A stretch of DNA of 64,000 nucleotides, taken from Antedon mediterranea. Its lineage: Eukaryota; Animalia; Echinodermata. This document shows positions 54,201-64,000 of this stretch, one piece after another; within the stretch, counting starts at the first letter, position 1, and each line of letters starts with the position of its first letter. A program made the translations under genes and the position numbers. The stretch spans positions 7,718,201-7,782,200 of the forward strand of contig NC_092679.1 of assembly GCF_964355755.1 (NCBI RefSeq). The letters are read 5' to 3'. The notes under the pieces were generated by a model. The model saw only the letters and a program-made list of their open reading frames with translations, searched no databases and was not told where the DNA came from.

Positions 54201-55275
54201 TAATATATGCACAATATACTGTACATAGCATGTATTGCATAAATACGCTATAAAGGAAGATAGTAATCTGTAACTTAAAATTCGCCGCCATATATCGCTA
54301 GACAAAAATAATAATAAAGGAGGCCCTCAATAATTATTTTGTCAGAGACTTTTTATTGGCCGAATATGCCCGACTCCTTTCTCACAGAAAGCCGGTATAT
54401 ACCGGTTATATTTCCGGCACGATAGTCCGATGAGAATGGGTATATGCCGGTAACGATACCGGCACGATGCCACCATAATACCGGTATATTGCAGGCACAT
54501 CTGTAAGAAAGGGGCTTAGGGAAAACATTTAGGACCCAAATGTCCCTGTAACACATTGCCCCTCATTTGTGTCATGGGAACGTAAGAGGGATTCTATAAC
54601 TAAATTTTCTTTTATTATTTTGAACAGGATCTGTAGATCCTCATTCCATTGTATCAGCAATATTTCTCGTCATATGTATTGGATATTACGTGGCTAAATT
54701 TTGCTTTCATCTATGGACTGGCTATATACCTCCTAGTTATAGTGAATTTGATAATATTGAACAACCAAGTACTATTAAGGAAACTGAACTCAAGGTAGGT
54801 ATCATTTCATATGTAACTAACACACACGCACTCTAAGTACTAACTTCATTTGCGGTGTCCCAGCCATGTTCTTATCTTCTTTACATTTTTATAATAATAT
54901 ACAAATACTTTATTTACATTATGCTGTAAAACACATTTTTTTTATTTACCCAGTAGGCAAATATAGGAAAATGATCAGCACACATAAAGTGTGCAATGTA
55001 TGTAAAGGAGCTAACAGCTTTCCCACCTGAAAGACTAAACACTTATAATTGCATCTTTTAACACATCTTTTAATTTTCACAATCTGTTTTTGTTTCTTCA
55101 GAATTTTGTTCCCGACGTTTTGATGAAAGAAGGAGATGGTGAGAGCGATCCTAAGGTAACGTCATCGTTGCCAAGACATGCCTATGGTACAATGGGACCT
55201 TCTGCGGATGTTGACAGTAAAGCGACTGTTATTGAGCCTAGCAATAATATTGAAACTAATCATTATCAATCATAA
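39206..55275 (+). CDS. TMEM63: TMEM63 / CSC1-OSCA mechanosensitive channel. Exons 39206-39337, 39460-39542, 46201-46279, 46772-46809, 47128-47319, 47624-47735, 47848-47921, 50022-50102, 50390-50513, 50788-50921, 51226-51345, 51539-51597, 51726-51820, 51976-52172, 52315-52374, 52705-52867, 53130-53235, 53421-53588, 54628-54794, 55102-55275
   Basis: [85 protein letters not shown]; exon phases checked and compatible. Confidence 0.95.
41120..41328. repeat. 35-bp intronic minisatellite AGAGAAGATGATGTTGATGATCTTAGCAAAGATCT, about 6 copies
   Basis: Direct tandem repeat. Confidence 0.93.
41512..41535 (+). CDS. TMEM63: Candidate 24-nt alternative micro-exon of TMEM63 (adds KPKPKDER)
   Basis: Long T-rich tract ending TTCAG, AAG|GTATTT donor, phase 2-2, no stop. 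Confidence 0.6.
42077..42243. mobile_element. Small Harbinger-like MITE
   Basis: Imperfect TIR GGGTCTTTCACACC...GGTATGAAAGGCCC; GC-rich patch in an AT-rich intron. Confidence 0.6.
43260..43316 (+). CDS. TMEM63: Candidate 48- or 57-nt alternative exon of TMEM63 ([17 protein letters not shown]...)
   Basis: Pyrimidine tract with TGC, TAGTAG tandem acceptor, in-frame donors GTATGA (43308) and GTATGT (43317), phase 2-2, no stop. Confidence 0.55.
43888..44412. mobile_element. Kolobok-like MITE, second copy, opposite orientation to 12569-13117
   Basis: TTAA flanks, AGATGTATTGTCCC TIR, interior is the reverse complement of the first copy. Confidence 0.88.
46383..46521. mobile_element. Short CAGTGGC...GCCACTG MITE (related element at about 55545-55691)
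   Basis: Short inverted termini; shared motif GCTCACTGGCTAAACC in opposite orientation in the two copies. Confidence 0.55.
48170..49664. repeat. 22-bp intronic minisatellite ATGTT(G/C)TACTGTGATGTTACAA
   Basis: Roughly 45-50 copies; interrupted by a MITE and by a duplicated AT-rich insert near 49377 and 49504. Confidence 0.97.
48336..48678. mobile_element. MITE inserted in the 22-bp minisatellite
   Basis: TIR CATTA.GTGTACA.CCCCATTAGA...TCTAATGGGGCTGTACACGTAATG; exact ends ambiguous. Confidence 0.75.
53734..54516. mobile_element. Non-autonomous PIF/Harbinger element with a Myb/SANT remnant
   Basis: TIR AGCC.CTTTCT.ACAGA, 3-bp duplication TAG; from 54014 [13 protein letters not shown], then frameshifted IRGQEEI. 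Confidence 0.8.
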
Positions 55276-55290
55276 TATTATTAGCATCAA

Positions 55291-55362
55291 TGTCTGTTTA
55301 GCTGGATATGTCTGTTTAGCTGGATATGTCTGTTTAGCTGGATATGTCTGTTTAGCTGGATA
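55291..55362. repeat. 18-bp repeat TGTCTGTTTAGCTGGATA, 4 copies, just after the TMEM63 stop
   Basis: Direct tandem repeat. Confidence 0.9.
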
Positions 55363-56821
55363 CAAGTTTCGTAGCCAAGCTACTGTTAAATTACAATATG
55401 GATATGTTTAATGAATGCAATGGAGCAAAGACAAGCTAAACACTTCACAGTGTATCAATTACTATTTTGTCACACTTAAATTTGTAAACGAATATTTCAT
55501 TATTAGTCCCCAGCTTTCTAGTTCCAACTAATCCTTTCCTGGTTCAGTGGTGAAATGGCTATAAGCGCTCACTGGCTAAACCTAGGGGCTCAAGGGGCCC
55601 CAGAAAATGACAAGTCTAATAATGTAATGTTGAAGGGCCCCTTAGGAGTGCTAAACCAGGGGCCTTTGCCCTGTGCGTTATGCCACCACTGTACTGGTTG
55701 TTGCCATAAATGGCGTCCTTGATGAAAATGATACAAGTGTTGACCAGCCTTATCCTGATAAGTATTACTAACTTGTATAAGATAAAGATAATATATAAGT
55801 AACTTTAGTAATATTCATAGAATTATTTGTTGTTACATACATTAGTGATATATTTAGAGTTATATAAATATAATGAATATATGAATTAATTAATTTCCAG
55901 TAATACCATTGGACGGTTTAGAGCTCCTCTTTGCCTGAAAATGTATGTATATAAAGAAAGTAATACATAGCAGATTATATCATATTGTACATTTTATATT
56001 GTATGTTTTGTGGAAAAGCAAATATTGTTGCATTTAATTTACATCTGTGGCAATAAATAGTCAAAGTAGTTTTAACATAATTTAAAAGATTTTAAAGAAT
56101 AAATTAATGTGTAATATCTGAATATTGTAATTATTTGTATTTTCCTTTTCATATTATGTAAACCGGTTTTTCCTGGTAGAAATAGAATAATTTGTATTTA
56201 TTTTATATGAAAGTAGTCATTCCTCAATGTAAATTATGTTATTAACCATCTTTAGACAGAGGGATAATCTGTTTGTGCAGTTGTTGAAAAACAACCTAAA
56301 AAACTAAGTTAAAACTAACTAATAGAATTTGATAATAAAATCATCATTATGAAAATAAATTAAATTTCTGTTTAATTAAATGATGGAGCTACAACTTGAG
56401 TTCATCAGAAAGAGAATTGAGATATGTGGCAAGCAGATAATAAGATCTTGTGGATTCAAGCTAGGCCCTGGAATAAGAAACCCACTGTCTATAAGTATCT
56501 ATACATTTTGTTACATAAAAGATATGACTATAAATAAGGTAAACTAAGTGATTAAAAACAAACCGTACCCCTATTTTTAACATTATTTCATGTTAGGCGT
56601 CAGCATTGGTTTAATGTATATCAATAGAATACTGCAAATCATCAATTCAATTAGTCTTTTGATATACTCGTCTGCTCCTAAATATAATGTAATGTATTCA
56701 ATATTACCTTACCTATAGATACAGTATTATTAGTAAATTAGTAAAGAAATATAGGTCCTATTAATTTAAAAAAAGTATTTGAAATAAAGTTTGTTTGTAT
56801 TGTTATATAGTATAGTATATA

Positions 56822-58935
56822 TATAGTACAGGGATTTTCTCAAAAAATGGCCATATTTACGTATATAAGATGCTTATAACGCAATATATGTACATATATC
56901 ATAGCATTATTATTGCATAATAACACTATTTTAAAAAGTGCTTATTTTGGCCATTTTCCGAAAAAATCCCTGTACTATAGTACAGGGATTTTCTCCAAAA
57001 ATGACCATATTTTGACCTTTTTATTTTTTGACATAAATGGTTACTGTACGTCTATAAGATGCTTATAACGCAATATATGCACATATATAGCAATATTATT
57101 GCATAATAACAGAATTTATAAAGTGCGTGTTTTGCCCATTTATTTTTTTACAAATGGTTACTATACGTCTATAAGTTGCTTATAACGCAATATATGCACA
57201 TATATAGCAATTTTATTGCATAATAACACTATTTTAAAAAGTGCGTATTTTGCCCATTTTTCGAAAAAATCCTTGTAGCCTACTATAGTCCAGAGATTTT
57301 TTCCAAAAATGACCATATTTCGACCTTTTTATTTTTTGACATAAATGGTTACTATACGTCTATAAGATGCTTATAACTCAATATATGCACATATATAGCA
57401 ATTTTATTGCATAATAACACTATTTTAAAAAGTGCGTATAGTAACTAGTTTTATCGAAAAATGGGAAAAAAGGGAAATTGTCGAAAAATAGCCAATTTTC
57501 AACCCTTTTATTTTTTGACAAAAATGGTTACTATAGCATAATAAACATGCGCAGAGTCGAATAATGGGTTTTGCGCATGTCAATTATGCTATAGTAACCA
57601 GTTTTATCGAAAAATAAAAAGGTCGAAATTTGGCCATTTTCTGAAAAAAATCCCTGTAGGCCTACTAATAGCACAAGGAAATTTTCGAAAAAATGACAAA
57701 TTTTCAACCCTTTTATTTGTTGACATAAATGGTTACTATAGCATAATAAACATGCGCATGTCAATTATGCTATAGTAACCATTTATGTCAAAAAATAAAA
57801 ACGTCGAAATTAGGCCATTTTCTGAAAAATGACCATATTTCAACCTTTTTATTTTTTGACATAAATGGTTACTATACGTCTATAAGATGCTTATAACGCA
57901 ATATATGTGTTATGCGCGATTTGAACGATTTGCGCAATTTGAAATTGCGCAAAAAAATCCTTGCGCAATTTGAAATTGCGCAAAGAATTCTTGCGCAATT
58001 TAAAATTGCGCAAGGATTTTTTTGCGCAATTTGAAATTGCGCAATCAACTTGCGCAATTTCAAATTGCGCAAGAAAATCTTTGCGCAATTTTAAATTGCG
58101 CTGCACAATTTGTAAATTGCGCAAGATAGTTCTTGCGCAATATGACACCTTTGCGCAATTTGAAAACGAACTGTAAATTTTCAAATTGCGCAACAAAATT
58201 CTACCAGACAATCGGTATTATAATAATTTATTGGAAACTAAATAACTCAAAATAAAACATAATAAATGCGAAGATAACATGTGTATAATAAATACATAAC
58301 ATTTATTATTACAATTAAATAATATTATCACTGTAACTTGAAATAAATCAAAATAAATGTAAAAATTAAGTTTTTAATATTAGTTTAAGCTAGGCCATGT
58401 AACCTAGTCAGTATCAGTAGTCCAGACCCTAGCTAGGCTAGAGTAGTATAGCCGGCCGCCCGCGCCGCGCCCGCCTGGTGGAACACCACCGCTTCGTTTT
58501 CCTTCGTCGGTTCTTCGACGGTATGCTAACTTATAACAATATTTGCACTACTAAAATAAGGAAATGCGATATTTATCTTTAATTTTGAATCATTCTTAGA
58601 AATTACTATAAAAATATGGGTGTGCATGATTTCACAATCTGTCGAAAAACCTTGCGCAATTTGCAGATTACTTGCGCAATTTAATACGTTGCTTGCGCAA
58701 TTTGAAACACACGTTTCAATTCAAATTGCGCAAGGATTTTTTTTGCGCAATTTCAAATTGCGCAAATCGTTCAAATCGCGCATAACATATGCACATATAT
58801 AGCAATATTATTGCATAATTAACAATATTTTAAAAAGTGCGTATTTTGGCAATTTTTCGACCTTTTTATTTTTTGACAAAACTAGCTACTATGGCCATAT
58901 AAGATGATTATAACACAATATATGGGCATATGGCA
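56822..58935. repeat. Head-to-tail array of related MITE-like units
   Basis: Units bounded by TAGTACAGGGATTTT...AAAATCCCTGTACTA with the internal module TATAAGATGCTTATAACGCAATATATGCAC. Confidence 0.75.
57908..58787. mobile_element. Ginger-like TTGCGCAA MITE, second copy, opposite orientation, different interior
   Basis: Same TIR as 34124-34816; 4-bp duplication TATG; removing it restores the host unit AATATATG|CACATATAT. Confidence 0.9.
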
Positions 58936-60074
58936 ATATAGGCCTATTAATAATATATTATAATTATTGATTTTTAGTATGCGCAGAATCCCACAATATG
59001 TCCCGTACAAAAAAACTCCAAAATTGTTGTTATTATAAACTTTATCTCGGATTTCTCTATATACAGTAGGCCTACATATAAAAATGTAAAAATCAACCGA
59101 AATATTCAAACTATATATAAAAATTTATAAAATAACGTCGCCGCCCCATCGCAAAGTCGCGCCAACACAAAGTCGCCCCAACGCAAAGTCGCCCCTAAGC
59201 GTTAAAATAGTTTACAAGTTTGTAAAATTACGCAATTTTTATTAAATAATTCATTAAAATGATGATACACAGTTTGTTTAGGCAATAACAATTTTGGCAG
59301 ATGTTTAACAGGTACATGTTTTTGTTGACTTTAAAATAAAAACACACACACATTTATAGTTACTGGGGATAGTAATCGCAATTAACCCATTGACCCCTAA
59401 GTTTATTTTGCTCCCCTGGGACCCAAAAAGCATATGTCATATAATTAACCCTAACTTTTTTTCTAAACACAGACATTAAAAAAATTAAAAAACAAAAATA
59501 ATGCAAAGGACATTTTATTTCCAAATATGTTATCAAATTTGTGTTACAACTTATTTTTGCGGAGTATGGATTATGCAAATTTTAGAAATATTTTAGGAAA
59601 ATTATTAAAAATTTGTAATTTATCTTTGACTACCAAATGCACAAAAATTAATAAATATTTCATAATAAAACTCATCTCTTCATCAGAACCTATTTCTTCT
59701 CTTCAAAATAAGACCAAACTTGACCATTATGAATGACCGGTTTCGAAATTATGAAGAAATTAGTTGACTGACTCATCCGACGATGACCATATGGGGCCTA
59801 GGCCTATCGGGAGCCGCCCCGAGAGCGTCGTCGCCGCTGTTTGTTCACCGGGAATGTTAAAAAAAACATCCCGAAAGCGACTTGGAATTCGGGATTCTCA
59901 CGCGCACCGGCATCCCTCGGGAGCTTAGTCCGCTGTTTTAGACGTGTAGCTTGCAGAAAATTTGACGAAAATGCGTCGAAAACTTATGAAATTAAAACAA
60001 GTTTGGTATCAAAATGTTTGTCAAAAGTTATGCTTCAATAAACTGACCTTTGCGCAGAGTTTGAACAAATATTT

Positions 60075-60175
60075 CATGCCCATAATGCATCTGACATGTC
60101 AGGGTTCATATTACAATCAAAGGTAAACAATATGGCGCGGCCCTTGTGAGGACATCTTCACGACTTTTCTCCGGT
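60075..60175 (+). promoter_or_regulatory. Candidate MRPL14 promoter and non-coding exon
   Basis: ZNF143-like TGCCCATAATGCATCTG (60077), YY1-like AATATGGCG (60129), donor-like CCG|GTAGAA; another donor CAA|GTAAGG near 60687. Confidence 0.45.
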
Positions 60176-60965
60176 AGAAAAATCACATTTTTACATGGAA
60201 ATATGACGATTTAGACACTGTAACTGATACATAATCTTTATTTATTATACATTTATGGTATACAAGCTTCAAAATAGTGATTATCAGAAATAAAGATGGA
60301 TTTTAGACGATTTTACGTTGTATGTTTAGGCCTAGATTCATTCAACGCGCCTGTCGCGTTTCGAACAGCGTGCTTCGAAAAACGGTTATATTTTCGAATT
60401 TTATTTTCAAACTAACTTCAACAATTGTTTTTATATATTTAGAAGCATATTTTTAAAAAAGAAGTTGTGAGTATTTTGTATAATTTGTTGTTACGATTCA
60501 TGCACAGCAAACTGCGCATGTAAATTCGATTTACTTTTTTTTTGTTGATAATTTGTTTACAATGACCTTGACTTTTAACCTTTTGAGCGCTTTAAGCGCT
60601 TATCGTGGTGAATCGGTTAATTCTCTGGTTAAACGCGCCCTCATTTAACGACACACGAACGACGTGACTACTGCCGCCCTAACACAAGTAAGGTTTCTTT
60701 CTGATCTGTATATAAATTGCAATTTGTATGGAAGATCCATTGTATTTATAAATAACATATTTTATGAATATATGGTCCTACGTAGGTAGGCCAAGTGTAT
60801 CATTATATAGCCTAGGCTAGGCTATATGATACACTTGGCCTACATTAGCACCACTACATTCAGTAGGTAGCGGGACGATTCGGCCCTGAGACGATTCGGC
60901 CCGGGACGATTCGACCCTGAGATTGAAATGGATCTTGTTTTGTTTTTAATTTACAGATGATATGA

Positions 60966-61579
60966 ATGATGATAAATTTCTGCAAATCATTTCGACTGTC
61001 TTGTCAATTGTTATGTAATGTGCCATCTAATAATAGATTCTTTCAATCACAAATAAGGTAATTACTGTAATATTAATTTATATTATAATAGTAATTTAGC
61101 CTAGGCCTACTAGTAGGCCAATAATAGTTTTGTAAATTTAAAATATTGACGAATGTCTATAATAATAAGATGTAATCCAATTAACTTATTAAATGGTGTA
61201 TTTTGCATTTTTTAGCACAACAAATCCGCTATCTGCAATCATCCTTCTCTCAAGGTTACGAGTGGTTGATAATTCAGCGCTTGGAGCATCCGCAGTTCAC
61301 AAACCACCTCGTTGCATTCATGTTTACAATAAGAAACGCGTCGGGAAAGTGGGCGACAAAATTCTTGTTGCTATAAGAGGACAGAAAAAGAAAGGATTGA
61401 TCGTCGGAGTCAAAATGCCAGGAAAGAATATGACTCCTAGATTTGATACAAATAATATGATTTTGTTAGAAGAAAGTGGAAACCCAACAGGAACCAGAAT
61501 AAGTGTTCCAATTCCGTCTTATCTTCGTGGTAGAAAGGACTTGTCAAAGGTGTTTGCACTTGGTACTACGTTTGTTTGA
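60966..61579 (+). CDS. MRPL14: Mitochondrial ribosomal protein L14 (uL14m). Exons 60966-61057, 61216-61579
   Basis: [52 protein letters not shown]; first coding exon encodes an acid-free presequence-like leader in compatible phase. Confidence 0.93.
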
Positions 61580-63106
61580 GTTGATTATAAATTGTATTAA
61601 CAATAAAGAAAAAACTTACAATATTTACATTCTGTATTTTATGCAAGTTGTATTATTCCATGGAAGAATACATAGTATTTCCTAAATAAAATAATACACA
61701 GTAAAATATACAACATCGAATAAAATAAAACAAGTTACTTTGGAGCACTGATGTTTATTTAGCAGCTTATACAAACTCCGACTTATTTAAGTTCTACATG
61801 TATTATTCTTTTCATTCAAAAATAGGTCAACTCAAAATGAATCAAATTTTCTCTAGCTTTTATTACGAACGTATCAACTTACTCAATATCGTGGAGGGTG
61901 CAAATACAGTTGAAATAATATACTATTACATGGTTCTAATTAAATGTATTATCTGCAGTACAATATTTACCTTTTCCAATTAATACAGTATAATCAATAC
62001 AAAATTAACGCCCTCAATTTTAAATTGCGCAGATAAAAAAGAAAAAAATATGCAGCCACATAACTATATAAATAAGAATAAACAAATGAGATACAGGTGG
62101 GTAATTAGCATAAATTAAGAAGTTATTTCAGTTTTAAAATACTGTAGCATACTGATTAGGTGGGAAGATATTACATTATATTACATTATACAAAATATTA
62201 CACAAATAATTGACGAAAGACACACCGTAATGAAAAGACTTTCAATTGCAATCCTAAAATGATTGAGGCTGACTTCCTATATTTACGAGTTTCTGGGATT
62301 AAACTATCGTTTTAATTAATATTTACATACAAAAAATGTAGCATAACACATGCATTATAAAACAAGACTAGGCTAGAATTTTGGCACTATTATTTGTATT
62401 ATGCCATTGCATAGGACTCCCAACTTATCTGCCACATTGTTGCTCCAGAGTTTGATTTGAAATGATTCCCACTAATTTGTCAAATTGCACCTTTTTAACT
62501 TACAATTGTCACATAAACAATTCATATTTTAATTATAAGCTTATACAGTATTTGAATATCTGCCATTTATTTCTGTATAATTATTATATTAATTGCATTT
62601 TTTAATATCCCCTGACCTATCCTAATTTTAAACATTAAAATTGCCCTTTTTGTCTACTAAAATATACTTGTTCCACCGCTGCACAAGTCGCCACCATTTA
62701 AAACGTGTAGGCATACTTCTACATTACCAACAATACAATGCATAGAAAACAATGGTCATATTGATATTGGCATAAAAAATGATTTAAAAAATGGTTTTCT
62801 ACTATTTAAAGCTACCTTAATTATTAAAACAAAAACTAAAATCACATTTAAAACATGATTTTCATAGTTTAAACACATTCTTTGTTATTCATGCATTCAA
62901 ATTCACATATTTGTACAATATTTTTAATAGCATTTATTTTAAAATCAAATCATTTTGTAATTGAATGATTAATCTTTTATATTCTTTTTAATATGGATGG
63001 AGATTAAAACATGACCAAAAAAAATAGACAAAAATGATTAAAAAAAGTATATTTTCATTCATCCAAATACGTATTAAGTAGTCTTAAAATATTTAAGTAT
63101 TTAACA

Positions 63107-63793
63107 TCAAAAATACATATCATCATCATCATCATCTTGTACATATGCGGAAGCCGAGATAGACCTTGTCGTCATTCGTGGTTTTGAATGTGTCCCTTGC
63201 TTGTACGCCTTTCCCGATACTCGAGGCGACGACGTTCTGCTGGAGTCAATAACTTTGCTAATTTCTAGAGGAGTAATAAAACTATATATATAAATATATT
63301 AATTATAAGTAAAGTAAAAAATATATTTCATTAATACTGATAGGTGGTGTCACAATTTAAAGCTGCAGTCATAGATAGCCATAAAAGAAGCAGCGTATAT
63401 TTTTCCTGCAGATACAAGTTGCATACATAAAGTGCAAGTTTAAGAAGCAAGCTCCCCAAGAAAATAACAAGCAGCTACAAAACTGACAGCAGAACAATCA
63501 ACAACAAATTAAAGACGAAAAACTTAAATACAAATAACAAAATAAAAAGGTGATTAAGTAACTAAGAAAAGATAATAAATGAACTATGTGGATTAAAAGT
63601 TAGCAAAAGAGAAAGTATAAATTAATAAAAAGGCAATTTTAGATCACATTTCTTTCATGACTGACCAGTTAGATGTTTCTCAACTTGACGCAAGTTATGC
63701 AAGATAGACGCTATTTCTTGGTTGCCAGCTTTCAAAAGAGGCGCAGTGGTCGGATGCATATGATCATTAGAAGATGGCATTTTGTTGGCTCTC
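63107..63793 (-). CDS. Last two coding exons of an unidentified gene (63793-63666, 63264-63107)
   Basis: AG/GT-bounded exons join in frame: ...EIASILHNLRQVEKHLTEISKVIDSSRTSSPR...YVQDDDDDMYF*. Confidence 0.7.
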
Positions 63794-64000
63794 CTAAAAA
63801 ACAATAAAAAAAGTTATAACAATTTAACCTTTTTATTGAAACATAAGCATTGTTGTTGATGCTCACTATATCATTCATTTATTCAATCTTTTATTTTGGA
63901 ATCTCTGGTCCATAGAAAGTAAAATTACATTAATGAATGAATAAATATAAGAGCAATACTACCAAATATGAATAAGTAGGAACTTAAAAATAACCTACCT

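Noticed and set aside
57872-58211. ORFs with LRNFKLRK / AQFEI repeats (also 34602-35085)
   Set aside because: Artefacts of the TTGCGCAA arrays in Ginger-like MITEs

Overview
AT-rich, intron-containing animal genomic DNA, probably a marine invertebrate deuterostome (inference from gene style and a Deu/Nin-type SINE). Gene order: two tandem RDH8/HSD17B1-like short-chain dehydrogenases (+, first lacks exon 1), a ~7 kb 186-bp satellite with a 2,605-bp higher-order repeat, Claspin (+), TRMT5 (-), a dense cluster of non-autonomous DNA transposons including a 3.8 kb palindromic AcademX derivative with ~1.65 kb arms, a TMEM63/OSCA channel (+), a tandem MITE array, MRPL14 (+), and the last two exons of an unidentified minus-strand gene. 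Best leads: the foldback Academ element built from two copies of the same end (a possible hairpin-RNA source), candidate frame-preserving TMEM63 micro-exons at the position of the vertebrate TMEM63B alternative exon, exon-limited homogenisation of the SDR pair, the hierarchical satellite, and TMEM63-MRPL14 linkage. All calls were read by eye; no database search or alignment was run.
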